From positions 7,805 to 47,429 of the forward strand of contig CAYVCG010000008.1 in assembly GCA_964449985.1 (NCBI GenBank): a stretch of 39,625 bases of DNA. The letters run 5' to 3'. Below the pieces are notes generated by a model that saw only the letters and a list, made by a program, of their open reading frames with translations, had not been told where the DNA came from and did no database searches. Both the position numbers and the translations under genes were made by a program. This DNA is from an uncultured Defluviitaleaceae bacterium. Its GTDB lineage: Bacteria; Bacillota; Clostridia; Lachnospirales; WRAX01. Positions 1-7,529 of this stretch are shown in pieces (within the stretch, counting starts at the first letter, position 1; each line of letters starts with the position of its first letter).

Positions 1-977
1 ATATATTCGATTTCATCGCCTTCTTGAAGAACATAAAGCCCGATGACTATGCCGCCATAATACACAACCGCATCCCGTTCAGGATGATAGCTTATAGAAT
101 CGACGGTTCCATCAGCAGTTCTTATCAAAACATTCCGCCAAGCAACGCCCTGACCGGTGGTCGTATATTGATTATCCACAGTCGCACCAACAGTGCCGGT
201 TTTCTTTTCATATCCCATCAGGTTAAAATAAAATTCATCAAGGTTTCTAAGCACCTGAGCCATTTCGGAACGCCTCATGCCAGCTTTGGGATTGAATCTT
301 CCCATATTGTCGCCGTTCATTATTCCGTTTACGGCCAAAGTTTCGACAGATCCCAATCTTTGGATAGAAATGTCATTAAAGTCAGAATAATTTAGCGCGC
401 CCTGAACGGTTTTATTAGGCCCGAAAACGTTTGGATCCAGCGATTTCATTGCAAGCACAATCCAATCTGCGACGCGTTCCCTTGTTGCAGGGGCTTCTCT
501 TAAAAAAACAAGACCGCTTTGGACAGGATTCAAAGCATCTATATATTCCTCCGGCGTTATAAGCGCCATTTGATTCGCTAGCTCTATATATCCCAGAGCC
601 CAAGCCGAAGGCAAATCAGGTCTAATCAGCCCGGAAGCACTCAACTCAGCCCCGGCAGTAATCGCATCATTTTCAAGATTTATAAGGCGAAGCGCAAACG
701 CCAGAGCTTCCTGATTCGTAACATATCCGTCCGGCATGTATTGCCTTCCATAACCTTTAACAAGGTTAAGCGCACCATCCCGCACAATCGCTTCTTGCGC
801 CCAATGGCCATCTACATCATTAAATTGCAGATTTACTATAGCAGCACTGGCCTCAACCCGGCCTTGATAAGTATTTTTCACTTCATCGTTTAAAATATAG
901 CTATCAGTCAACGCATAGGCGTTTATATTCGGAATAAAAAACATAACAGCCATAAAGGCCGCAACAAGCTTTTTCAT
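1..977 (-). CDS. SLH-domain cell-surface protein, N-terminal part only (ORF runs off the window start)
   Basis: ATG at 977-975. The frame stays open to position 1, so it is absent from the complete-ORF track. Signal peptide MKKLVAAFMAVMFFIPNINAYA, followed by S-layer-homology repeats (FNDVDGHWAQEAI...GYVTNQEALAFALRL; YSDFNDISIQRLGSVETLAVNGIMNGD..GRFNPKAGMRRSEMAQVLRNL). Confidence 0.8.
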   Translation of the reverse strand, partial: MKKLVAAFMAVMFFIPNINAYALTDSYILNDEVKNTYQGRVEASAAIVNLQFNDVDGHWAQEAIVRDGALNLVKGYGRQYMPDGYVTNQEALAFALRLINLENDAITAGAELSASGLIRPDLPSAWALGYIELANQMALITPEEYIDALNPVQSGLVFLREAPATRERVADWIVLAMKSLDPNVFGPNKTVQGALNYSDFNDISIQRLGSVETLAVNGIMNGDNMGRFNPKAGMRRSEMAQVLRNLDEFYFNLMGYEKKTGTVGATVDNQYTTTGQGVAWRNVLIRTADGTVDSISYHPERDAVVYYGGIVIGLYVLQEGDEIEY

Positions 978-1069
978 CAAAGCGCCCCCAATTTTTAAAA
1001 TTAACATACATATATTATGTCGAAATAAAAGCAAAATTAATTAACCCTTTTAATGGTAAATTTGAATAT

Positions 1070-1110
1070 AAAAAACTCTTTAAATTTTGTAGGTTTAAAG
1101 AGTTTTTTTA
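1070..1110 (-). terminator. Rho-independent terminator after the first cyclophilin gene
   Basis: 11-bp perfect stem aactctttaaa/tttaaagagtt (1074-1084 / 1094-1104) with a 9-nt loop. It is flanked by A/T runs, giving a T-run on the minus strand. Confidence 0.6.
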
Positions 1111-1118
1111 ACACGTAT

Positions 1119-1868
1119 TTATGACACTGTTTCAATTGTTATACTCTCGATTATAACAGGCTCAAGAGGTTTCGCATTTTCATCAACTTCAACAGCTGCT
1201 ATGTTATCAACAATATCCATGCCCTCAGTAACCATTCCGAAAACAGTATGGCGATAATCAAGCCATGGAGTTCCTCCATTTTGAAGATAATAATCACAAA
1301 TCTTGGATGGATAGAACATATTCATGACGATTTCGGTTCCGTCATCAAGAGTCTGTATAACTTTATCTTGATTTTTGCTTGCATCTTCAAACTTTTGCTT
1401 GTCCTCATCCGTTAACGTCTTGTTCTGGACAATGAAGAACTGGCTTCCGTTAGTGTTGGCACCAGAATTTGCCATAGAAACCGCACCGCGAACATTACGA
1501 ACCTCAGGAGCAAATTCATCCTCAAACGGCGCTCCGTAAATGCTTTCGCCGCCAATTCCCGTTCCTTCCGGATCTCCGCCTTGGATCATAAAGTCGTTCA
1601 TAACCCTGTGGAACGTTAAACCGTTATAATAACCGTTTTGCGCATGAGTTGTAAAGTTTTCGACAGCCTTGGGAGCGTATTCCGGGAAGAATTTTATTTT
1701 TATCTCGCCGTAATTCGTCTTCATAACCGCTATTTTGTCCCCGGCTTTTGGAGCCTCAAACATATAATCGCCATTAGCTGGCGGCAAATTCGCTACTTTC
1801 GAACTGCTACAGGATGATAAAGAAAAAGCCATACATGCAACTAACATAACCGCTAATAATTTCTTCAT
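1119..1868 (-). CDS. Cyclophilin-type peptidyl-prolyl cis-trans isomerase, lipoprotein
   Basis: Lipoprotein signal MKKLLAVMLVACMAFSLSSC (lipobox LSSC). Cyclophilin core motifs FHRVMNDFMIQGGDP, SMANSG.NTNGSQFFI and HTVFG. Confidence 0.92.
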   Translation of the reverse strand: MKKLLAVMLVACMAFSLSSCSSSKVANLPPANGDYMFEAPKAGDKIAVMKTNYGEIKIKFFPEYAPKAVENFTTHAQNGYYNGLTFHRVMNDFMIQGGDPEGTGIGGESIYGAPFEDEFAPEVRNVRGAVSMANSGANTNGSQFFIVQNKTLTDEDKQKFEDASKNQDKVIQTLDDGTEIVMNMFYPSKICDYYLQNGGTPWLDYRHTVFGMVTEGMDIVDNIAAVEVDENAKPLEPVIIESITIETVS

Positions 1869-1929
1869 ACGTTTTTATCCTTCCATTTCTAAAAAATATT
1901 TATTATCACATGCGGCAAAATAGGCCGCC

Positions 1930-3027
1930 TTAACTCACTGTTTCAACTATAATCTTTTCAATAATAACGTCTTGCATCGGTTTTGACTTAGAGTCTGTTT
2001 TTACTGCTGCTATTTTGTCAACAACGTCCATACCCTCATAAACCATACCAAATACAGTATGGACAAAATCCAACCAAGGCGTCCCACCGTTATTTATATA
2101 GTATTCGCATATTTTCGGGGGCATCAAAAAGCTGACTTTTGTTTTACCGTCGTCATAAAGCTCGTCCTGATTTGCAAGGGCATATTCAAACTCCTGCTGC
2201 TCAAAATCTTGTAAATCAGATTTTTGAACTATAAAAAATTGGCTTCCGTTTGTTCCTGGGCCGGCATTTGCCATAGATAAGGCCCCGCGGATGTTACGCA
2301 AATCCGGGTGGAATTCATCTTCAAACGGCATCCCCCAAATACTTTCTCCACCGCTGCCCGTTGCTGTTGGGTCCCCGCCTTGGATCATGAAATCGTTAAT
2401 AACCCTGTGGAACACCATGCCGTCATAATAACCATCTTGCGCATGGGTCAAAAAGTTTTCAACCGCCTTTGGAGCGTATTTTGGGAAAAACTTTATTTTA
2501 ATATCTCCGTAATTCGTTTTCATAACAGCGATTTTATCGCCGGTTTGTGGGGGCATAAACATATATCCGCCGCCTTCTTCCGTTAAAGTGTTTGTATCAT
2601 TATTGTCCGCCGATTGTTCCGAAGGCTTGCTATCCGGCTGAGACTGGCCGCTTGTATCAGATGGTTTATCTTCGTTTGTCTTAATATTGTTCTGCTGCTT
2701 GTCCAAACTTTTTTCAGAATTATTCGATGAAGCAGCTTGATTTTTTTCCTCCGAAGGATGAGGTGAAACGGCATCATCGGCAATTTGTGGGGTAGGCGAA
2801 GCAATGTCAACCACCGGCGTTTGAGTCGGCTGGCTATCAGTTGCAACAGGCAATTCACTGGCCAAAACATCGCCCGGTTCAGGGGTTTGGCTAGGAGAAT
2901 CGATAGAGTCTATAGAAGCAATTTCAGTTCCGCCCGATTCATTTCCTGTATTATCGGAATTGCATGATATAAGGGAAAAGGATATGCAGACGAATAACAT
3001 AAAAACGACAACTCGTTTAAATAACAT
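1930..3027 (-). CDS. Cyclophilin-type PPIase lipoprotein with a long low-complexity S/T/P/Q/D linker (tandem paralogue)
   Basis: Same cyclophilin motifs (FHRVINDFMIQGGDP, SMANAG.GTNGSQFFI, HTVFG). Lipobox LISC after MLFKRVVVFMLFVCISFS. About 140 aa of low-complexity linker precede the catalytic domain. I prefer the ATG at 3027 (SD AAGGA 8 nt upstream) over the track start at 3081. Confidence 0.88.
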   Translation of the reverse strand: MLFKRVVVFMLFVCISFSLISCNSDNTGNESGGTEIASIDSIDSPSQTPEPGDVLASELPVATDSQPTQTPVVDIASPTPQIADDAVSPHPSEEKNQAASSNNSEKSLDKQQNNIKTNEDKPSDTSGQSQPDSKPSEQSADNNDTNTLTEEGGGYMFMPPQTGDKIAVMKTNYGDIKIKFFPKYAPKAVENFLTHAQDGYYDGMVFHRVINDFMIQGGDPTATGSGGESIWGMPFEDEFHPDLRNIRGALSMANAGPGTNGSQFFIVQKSDLQDFEQQEFEYALANQDELYDDGKTKVSFLMPPKICEYYINNGGTPWLDFVHTVFGMVYEGMDVVDKIAAVKTDSKSKPMQDVIIEKIIVETVS

Positions 3028-3226
3028 ACATACTATCCTTTCAAATTTGAAATTCCGTTCCAACATATACAAGCTCTGCAAAATATTTCTAGCAATAATC
3101 AGTCTTATTAATTATAACTGAAATTTAGATTTTGTCAACCAACAATATTTATGACTAAATTAAGCAATTCCGTCTTGTGCAAAAACCTTCTCCACGCTTT
3201 CACCAAAAAACATGCAAGTTCCGCCC

Positions 3227-4276
3227 TTATAATACAGCTGGCTCAGCATCGGACATAATCTCTATAGCAGTTTGAGACATATTTCCGGCATAATACTGAC
3301 CAGCAAAGGCTGACCCTATAAGCAATCCCAAAATAATTATAAACATTATCGCAGACGATACAGCTGCCGTTCCTCCAAGCTTTTTGACGACATTTTGCTG
3401 ATGAGGACTGCCGTCGAGCCTGTTTTCTGCAATAAGTCTCTTTAATTTATTAAAATACATACTGTTAAACTTTGAACCGACAACAAACGATATAATAAAC
3501 CAAATGAGCACAAAAGCGGCCAAAACTATATATGATGCTAAAGCATATGTATTATTATTTGTTATAAAACCAAGTGTTAACCCAAAAGCACTTGCCATGG
3601 CAAGCAACAGGGGAATAAAATAATACCCAAAAAATGCTCCATACATTTTCCTGTAAACCATAATTATACCGCCAAAGAAAAATGCCGACCAGTTAAAACT
3701 TTCCCTCCTAGCGGCAACTTCCCTAAAAGCAGAGAAATAATACTCTGTATTAGGCCCGACCATTTCTCGCCAAATAGCAAATTTATCCTGCCTGTAATAA
3801 TCTCCGTCATATAACGGCTGCGGATGTGGTTGCTGTGGAGGAATTTGAGAATGTTGATGTTGCTGTAACGATGGTTGTTGCGGTAGTGGTTGCTGCTGTT
3901 GCAGTAGCTGTTGTGACTGAGGTTGTGGTGGCTGCTGTTGCTGCATTTGTTGTTGTAGTGGTGGTGGTTGTAATGGCGGTTGTTGTAATGGCGGTTGTTG
4001 CATTTGTTGTTGCTCTGTTATAGTCTGTGGCGGTTGCTCGTGCACAGCCTGCTGTGGCATCTGTTGCCACACGAATTGTTCAGGCGGCGTTTGATGCTGG
4101 GGTGATTGCATCTGTGGTAATGGTTGTTGCGGTGATTGCTGTGGTTGTGGTTGCAGTGGCTGTTGCATTGGCGGCATAACCGGCGGTATATACTGCGATT
4201 GTCTCATTTTTGCTCCGCAGTTTTCACAAAATCTAGCCTTGTCTACATTCTTCGTTCCGCATTCTACGCAAAACAT
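3227..4276 (-). CDS. Zinc-ribbon protein with a Q/P-rich tract and a C-terminal multi-pass membrane domain (DUF2628-like by architecture)
   Basis: N-terminus MFCVECGTKNVDKARFCENCGAKM has two CxxC motifs. About 130 aa are almost pure Q/P. After that come 3-4 hydrophobic helices (FFFGGIIMVY, YFIPLLLAMASAFGLTLGFI, IVLAAFVLIWFIISFVV, IMFIIILGLLIGSAF). Confidence 0.8.
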   Translation of the reverse strand: MFCVECGTKNVDKARFCENCGAKMRQSQYIPPVMPPMQQPLQPQPQQSPQQPLPQMQSPQHQTPPEQFVWQQMPQQAVHEQPPQTITEQQQMQQPPLQQPPLQPPPLQQQMQQQQPPQPQSQQLLQQQQPLPQQPSLQQHQHSQIPPQQPHPQPLYDGDYYRQDKFAIWREMVGPNTEYYFSAFREVAARRESFNWSAFFFGGIIMVYRKMYGAFFGYYFIPLLLAMASAFGLTLGFITNNNTYALASYIVLAAFVLIWFIISFVVGSKFNSMYFNKLKRLIAENRLDGSPHQQNVVKKLGGTAAVSSAIMFIIILGLLIGSAFAGQYYAGNMSQTAIEIMSDAEPAVL

Positions 4277-4357
4277 TTGTGCATCAACTCCTTCTATCTT
4301 ACATTTTACTACACCAAATCAATATAAATCAACATTTATTGCAGACAGAAGGAAAGC

Positions 4358-4499
4358 TATAGTAAATTTCTAGTAAAACAGTAATGAAATCGTGAAGTTC
4401 GAAATGGCGAGCGACAACAGCGTTTTCGTAGAAAACGCAAACAGACGAGCCGTTTATGGAGAATAGATTTCGTTACTGTTCCATATGCAATTTACTATA
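4358..4499. other. Long imperfect inverted repeat: candidate rod-like structured RNA or palindromic element
   Basis: Nested complementary arms. P1 is tatagtaaatt (4358-4368) / aatttactata (4489-4499), 11 bp. P2 is 4377-4391 / 4466-4480, 15 bp with one T:G. P3 is aaatggc (4402-4408) / gccgttt (4449-4455) with one T:G. P4 is gcgttttc (4420-4427) / gaaaacgc (4431-4438), loop gta. It lies in the 230-nt spacer between two minus-strand genes. Confidence 0.4.
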
Positions 4500-4506
4500 T
4501 AACCAA

Positions 4507-5316
4507 CTAAAATATAGAACCGGCATATTTTATGGTTTTTGCAAGCTTTGCGTTATAATCTGCGTCATGTTCTATTATTGAGTTTATAAAAACACCGTTG
4601 TTTGCTATAGACGAATGAATGATCTTTCCACTGCCGATATACATGGCAACATGGCCGGGAAAATACAGCAAATCCCCAAATTTAATAGACGATAGAGGTA
4701 TTTTTTTTATCGGTAATGCGCTATTTATTTCTGAATCCCTAAATATAACAACGCCGTTTAAATAATACGCCATAAAGCACAAACCTGAGCAATCTATCCC
4801 TAAAGGAGTTTTACCTCCCCATCTGTATTGCGTTGTCAAATAAGAGCGTGCCGTTTCCACAACCCTCTCCCGAAATACTCTTTCATCCATGTATAATTCC
4901 TTATCTATAGGTTTGTTTAAATATACGTTTCTAATATATCCAAAAGTTCCCCCCGGCAAAATAATTTTTGTATACCCGTCATATACTTCTTCTGTTTTTA
5001 TTACGAAGCATCCAAGCGTTAGGTTTATGATAATATTGGCTTGAACAACGGGCTTAGAGAGTACATCCGCAGAATAATGATTTATAAAATGCAGCTTGTT
5101 AGACTCCCAAAAATCCAAAGCTTCTTCGTTAAGCAATAAATACTTTTTATGCAAAAAGCCTTTATAATAATAATCCGTTATGATTTCAAGCCAATCCCCA
5201 AATGCTCTCACCACATTAACAATCATTCCATGCAAAACCTCATCAACGCACTGGGAATATTCGTCCGGCTCTTTCATAATCGGAGCAAAAGATGAAACAA
5301 CAATACCCCTGTTCAT
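4507..5316 (-). CDS. NlpC/P60 (C40) peptidoglycan endopeptidase with N-terminal SH3b-like domains (YkfC-like)
   Basis: Catalytic Cys motif RWGGKTPLGIDCSGLCFMAY and downstream GHVAMYIG...IIHS. I prefer the ATG at 5316 (SD GGGGGGTGA 4 nt upstream). The track start at 5337 lacks an SD. Confidence 0.85.
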   Translation of the reverse strand: MNRGIVVSSFAPIMKEPDEYSQCVDEVLHGMIVNVVRAFGDWLEIITDYYYKGFLHKKYLLLNEEALDFWESNKLHFINHYSADVLSKPVVQANIIINLTLGCFVIKTEEVYDGYTKIILPGGTFGYIRNVYLNKPIDKELYMDERVFRERVVETARSYLTTQYRWGGKTPLGIDCSGLCFMAYYLNGVVIFRDSEINSALPIKKIPLSSIKFGDLLYFPGHVAMYIGSGKIIHSSIANNGVFINSIIEHDADYNAKLAKTIKYAGSIF

Positions 5317-5340
5317 AACATCACCCCCCCACAGCATAGC

Positions 5341-6252
5341 TCATGAAAATATTATTTCTCCGTTTTTGGCATCAAGCTTTACTTTTGCACCCATCGCTAT
5401 CGTAAGAGTGGGCAGGCAATGGCCACAGGCGATATTATAAACCGTAGGTATGCCTTCTGGAGCAACAATCTCATTCAAAATTTCATCAATAGTCAAGCTG
5501 TTAGAATTACCTGCATTACAGTCCGTAAATGCACCGAAAATAATGCCAGCACAATCAGAAAACTTTCCCGCAAGCTTTAGTTGATTCAGCATTCTATCTA
5601 TTTTATAAGGCTCTTCACCAATTTCTTCGATAAAAACAATCTTCCCGCGGGTTTCTATTTCAAAAGGCGTTCCTATAGACGATGCTATAAGGCTCAAATT
5701 CCCCCCGGTTATTCTGCCCTCTGCAACGCCCGGATTAAGGCACATAATTTCCGAACCTTGAGGATTTGAAACTTTCCCCACGGGCTTATCACGCATAATA
5801 TTGTTTAAAAAACTATCCATTGTATAATCATCCACACCTTTATAAAACTGCGTGCATGGCATTGGCGCATGGTATGTTATAAATCCGCAGGCTTGGTTAA
5901 AAACAGCGTGCAAAGCTGTTATATCGCTATATCCTGCAAAAGTTTTAGCTTTTTTCTTTATCATTGCATAATCCAACTTATTTAAAATGCGCTGTGCGCC
6001 GTATCCCCCACGCATAGCGAATATGCCGTCTATTTCATCATCGGCGAACATATCGTTAATATCGCTTGCACGAGCATCATCCGAACCAGCCAAATATCCA
6101 TGGGATAAATAACATGTCCTTCCAAGGCGCACATTAAAGCCCATGCGTTTTACAGCCGCAACCGCCGCATCAATACGTTCTCTTGCAACATTTCCGGACG
6201 GCGCTAATAATCCTATAGTATCCCCTTTTTTTAAAGCTCTTGGCCTGAACAA
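5341..6252 (-). CDS. ldcA: LD-carboxypeptidase (peptidase S66, muramoyltetrapeptide carboxypeptidase)
   Basis: GDTIGLLAPSG N-terminus, GYSDITALH nucleophile-Ser motif, and a C-terminal GHC region. TTG start at 6252 with GGGGAGGGG SD. Pairing with a YkfC-like endopeptidase fits murein-peptide recycling. Confidence 0.85.
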   Translation of the reverse strand: MFRPRALKKGDTIGLLAPSGNVARERIDAAVAAVKRMGFNVRLGRTCYLSHGYLAGSDDARASDINDMFADDEIDGIFAMRGGYGAQRILNKLDYAMIKKKAKTFAGYSDITALHAVFNQACGFITYHAPMPCTQFYKGVDDYTMDSFLNNIMRDKPVGKVSNPQGSEIMCLNPGVAEGRITGGNLSLIASSIGTPFEIETRGKIVFIEEIGEEPYKIDRMLNQLKLAGKFSDCAGIIFGAFTDCNAGNSNSLTIDEILNEIVAPEGIPTVYNIACGHCLPTLTIAMGAKVKLDAKNGEIIFS

Positions 6253-6272
6253 AAAAATCCCCTCCCCGTAGA

Positions 6273-6312
6273 GAAAAAAACCGCTTTCGCATAATTATAT
6301 GCAAAAAGCGGT
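6273..6312 (-). terminator. Strong rho-independent terminator closing the multi-Hsp70 operon
   Basis: 8-bp outer stem accgcttt/aaagcggt (6280-6287 / 6305-6312) plus a 5-bp inner stem gcata/tatgc. On the minus strand it is followed by a 7-T run (6273-6279), immediately after the TPR gene stop (6315). Confidence 0.8.
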
Positions 6313-6314
6313 TG

Positions 6315-7487
6315 TTAAATCTCATTTTCTCGATATTTTTCCTTAAAGCGTCCTAAAACGTCTTTAAGTATAACCTGATATTCCTTTATCCTACCCATGG
6401 ATTTTTTTATTCTTGCATTTTCTAAACCCGCCTTCTCATTGGATGGCGATAGATCAAGCGCTTTGATTATTGCGCTGTTTGCCCGTGTCAAATCATAATC
6501 CATACGATAATACCTAGCAAGCCTTGTCCAGAGATCAACGCTGTTTTTATCCTGCATAAGTGCTTTTTCTATACAGCGTATTGCCGCAGGGATATTGTTG
6601 TAAGCAACATACACTTCTGCCTGTTTTTTAAGCAAATACTTGTCCTTGCAAGCGATTTTATCCAGTGTTTCAAGAGCCTTGTCATAAAATCTAAGCTTTA
6701 GATATACGTCGCAAAGCCTATACATATATTCCCATCTCTGAGTACTTGTCTCGGCAGCTTCAACAGCTCTTTCAAAATATGATATTGCTTCAAAATATCG
6801 CCCCGAGGAAAACACTAACTCACCATACATATAATAAACATCGCCTGCTTCTCCGTAATGCAGTTTTATCGTTTCGATTATTTTGTTAACACTGTCAAAA
6901 TCCTTATTAAGCAAATGCGCCTCAGCAATATGCAGCAAAAGCTTGTAGTCATGCGGCATCATGCCAAGCGCACGATTCAAGTATTCGATTGCTTCGCTAT
7001 AGCGCTCCATCTTTAGAAGCGTTATGGCAATGTTGTTAAGAAGTTGGGGATTTTCGCCATGTTCCAAGGCTTTTTTGTAATAGCTGTATGCTTTTTCCTC
7101 ATCGCCGTTATTGATGAGGTAGTCTCCGCGTTCCTTTAGTTTTTCCCATTCCTTGCGGTTTTCCCAAAGAGCTATTTCCTTGCGCAAATTCTCTATCTGT
7201 TCATTTGAAAAATAATCTATTAACGACAGAAATTGCGAAAGTTTACGGCTAAGGCTGGGAAAACCGCTTAAATCCTTAATCTTTGCTGCGATAAAGGAAA
7301 GCTTAAGCGCCCGGCTCACCCAGTCTATAAATTCGTCACACATAAAGTCGTCCACCGATTGCTTCCAATAATGGTAGCAATGATAAACAGCCTCTTCAAA
7401 CGAATATACGTTTACATTTGTCATCTTAAATCTATACGGCTTTGAAACCATATCCTGCGACATGCAGAGCAACATATTGGAAGCCAT
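6315..7487 (-). CDS. Tetratricopeptide-repeat (TPR) protein, last gene of the multi-Hsp70 operon
   Basis: Repeated 34-aa TPR-like units (GDEEKAYSYYKKALE, ERYSEAIEYLNRAL, GRYFEAISYFERAVE, RFYDKALETLDKI, NNIPAAIRCIEKAL, YDLTRANSAIIKALDLSP). The start is 42 nt downstream of the Hsp70-vWA stop. Confidence 0.85.
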   Translation of the reverse strand: MASNMLLCMSQDMVSKPYRFKMTNVNVYSFEEAVYHCYHYWKQSVDDFMCDEFIDWVSRALKLSFIAAKIKDLSGFPSLSRKLSQFLSLIDYFSNEQIENLRKEIALWENRKEWEKLKERGDYLINNGDEEKAYSYYKKALEHGENPQLLNNIAITLLKMERYSEAIEYLNRALGMMPHDYKLLLHIAEAHLLNKDFDSVNKIIETIKLHYGEAGDVYYMYGELVFSSGRYFEAISYFERAVEAAETSTQRWEYMYRLCDVYLKLRFYDKALETLDKIACKDKYLLKKQAEVYVAYNNIPAAIRCIEKALMQDKNSVDLWTRLARYYRMDYDLTRANSAIIKALDLSPSNEKAGLENARIKKSMGRIKEYQVILKDVLGRFKEKYRENEI

Positions 7488-7529
7488 TTAAACACCAACC
7501 CGAAAAAGCAGATGAAATCATAACCCCTT

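Noticed and set aside
24-395. 123-aa plus-strand ORF at the left edge
   Set aside because: It lies entirely antisense to the open minus-strand frame of the SLH-domain protein, which has clear SLH motifs. It has no SD and no recognisable motif.
415-603. 62-aa minus-strand ORF
   Set aside because: It is an alternative frame inside the SLH-protein gene. The SLH frame (starting at 977) reads through this region without a stop.
3807-4070. T/A-rich 87-aa (minus) and V/A-rich 65-aa (plus, 3826-4023) ORFs
   Set aside because: These are frame artefacts of the CAA/CAG/CCA repeat that encodes the Q/P tract of the zinc-ribbon protein.
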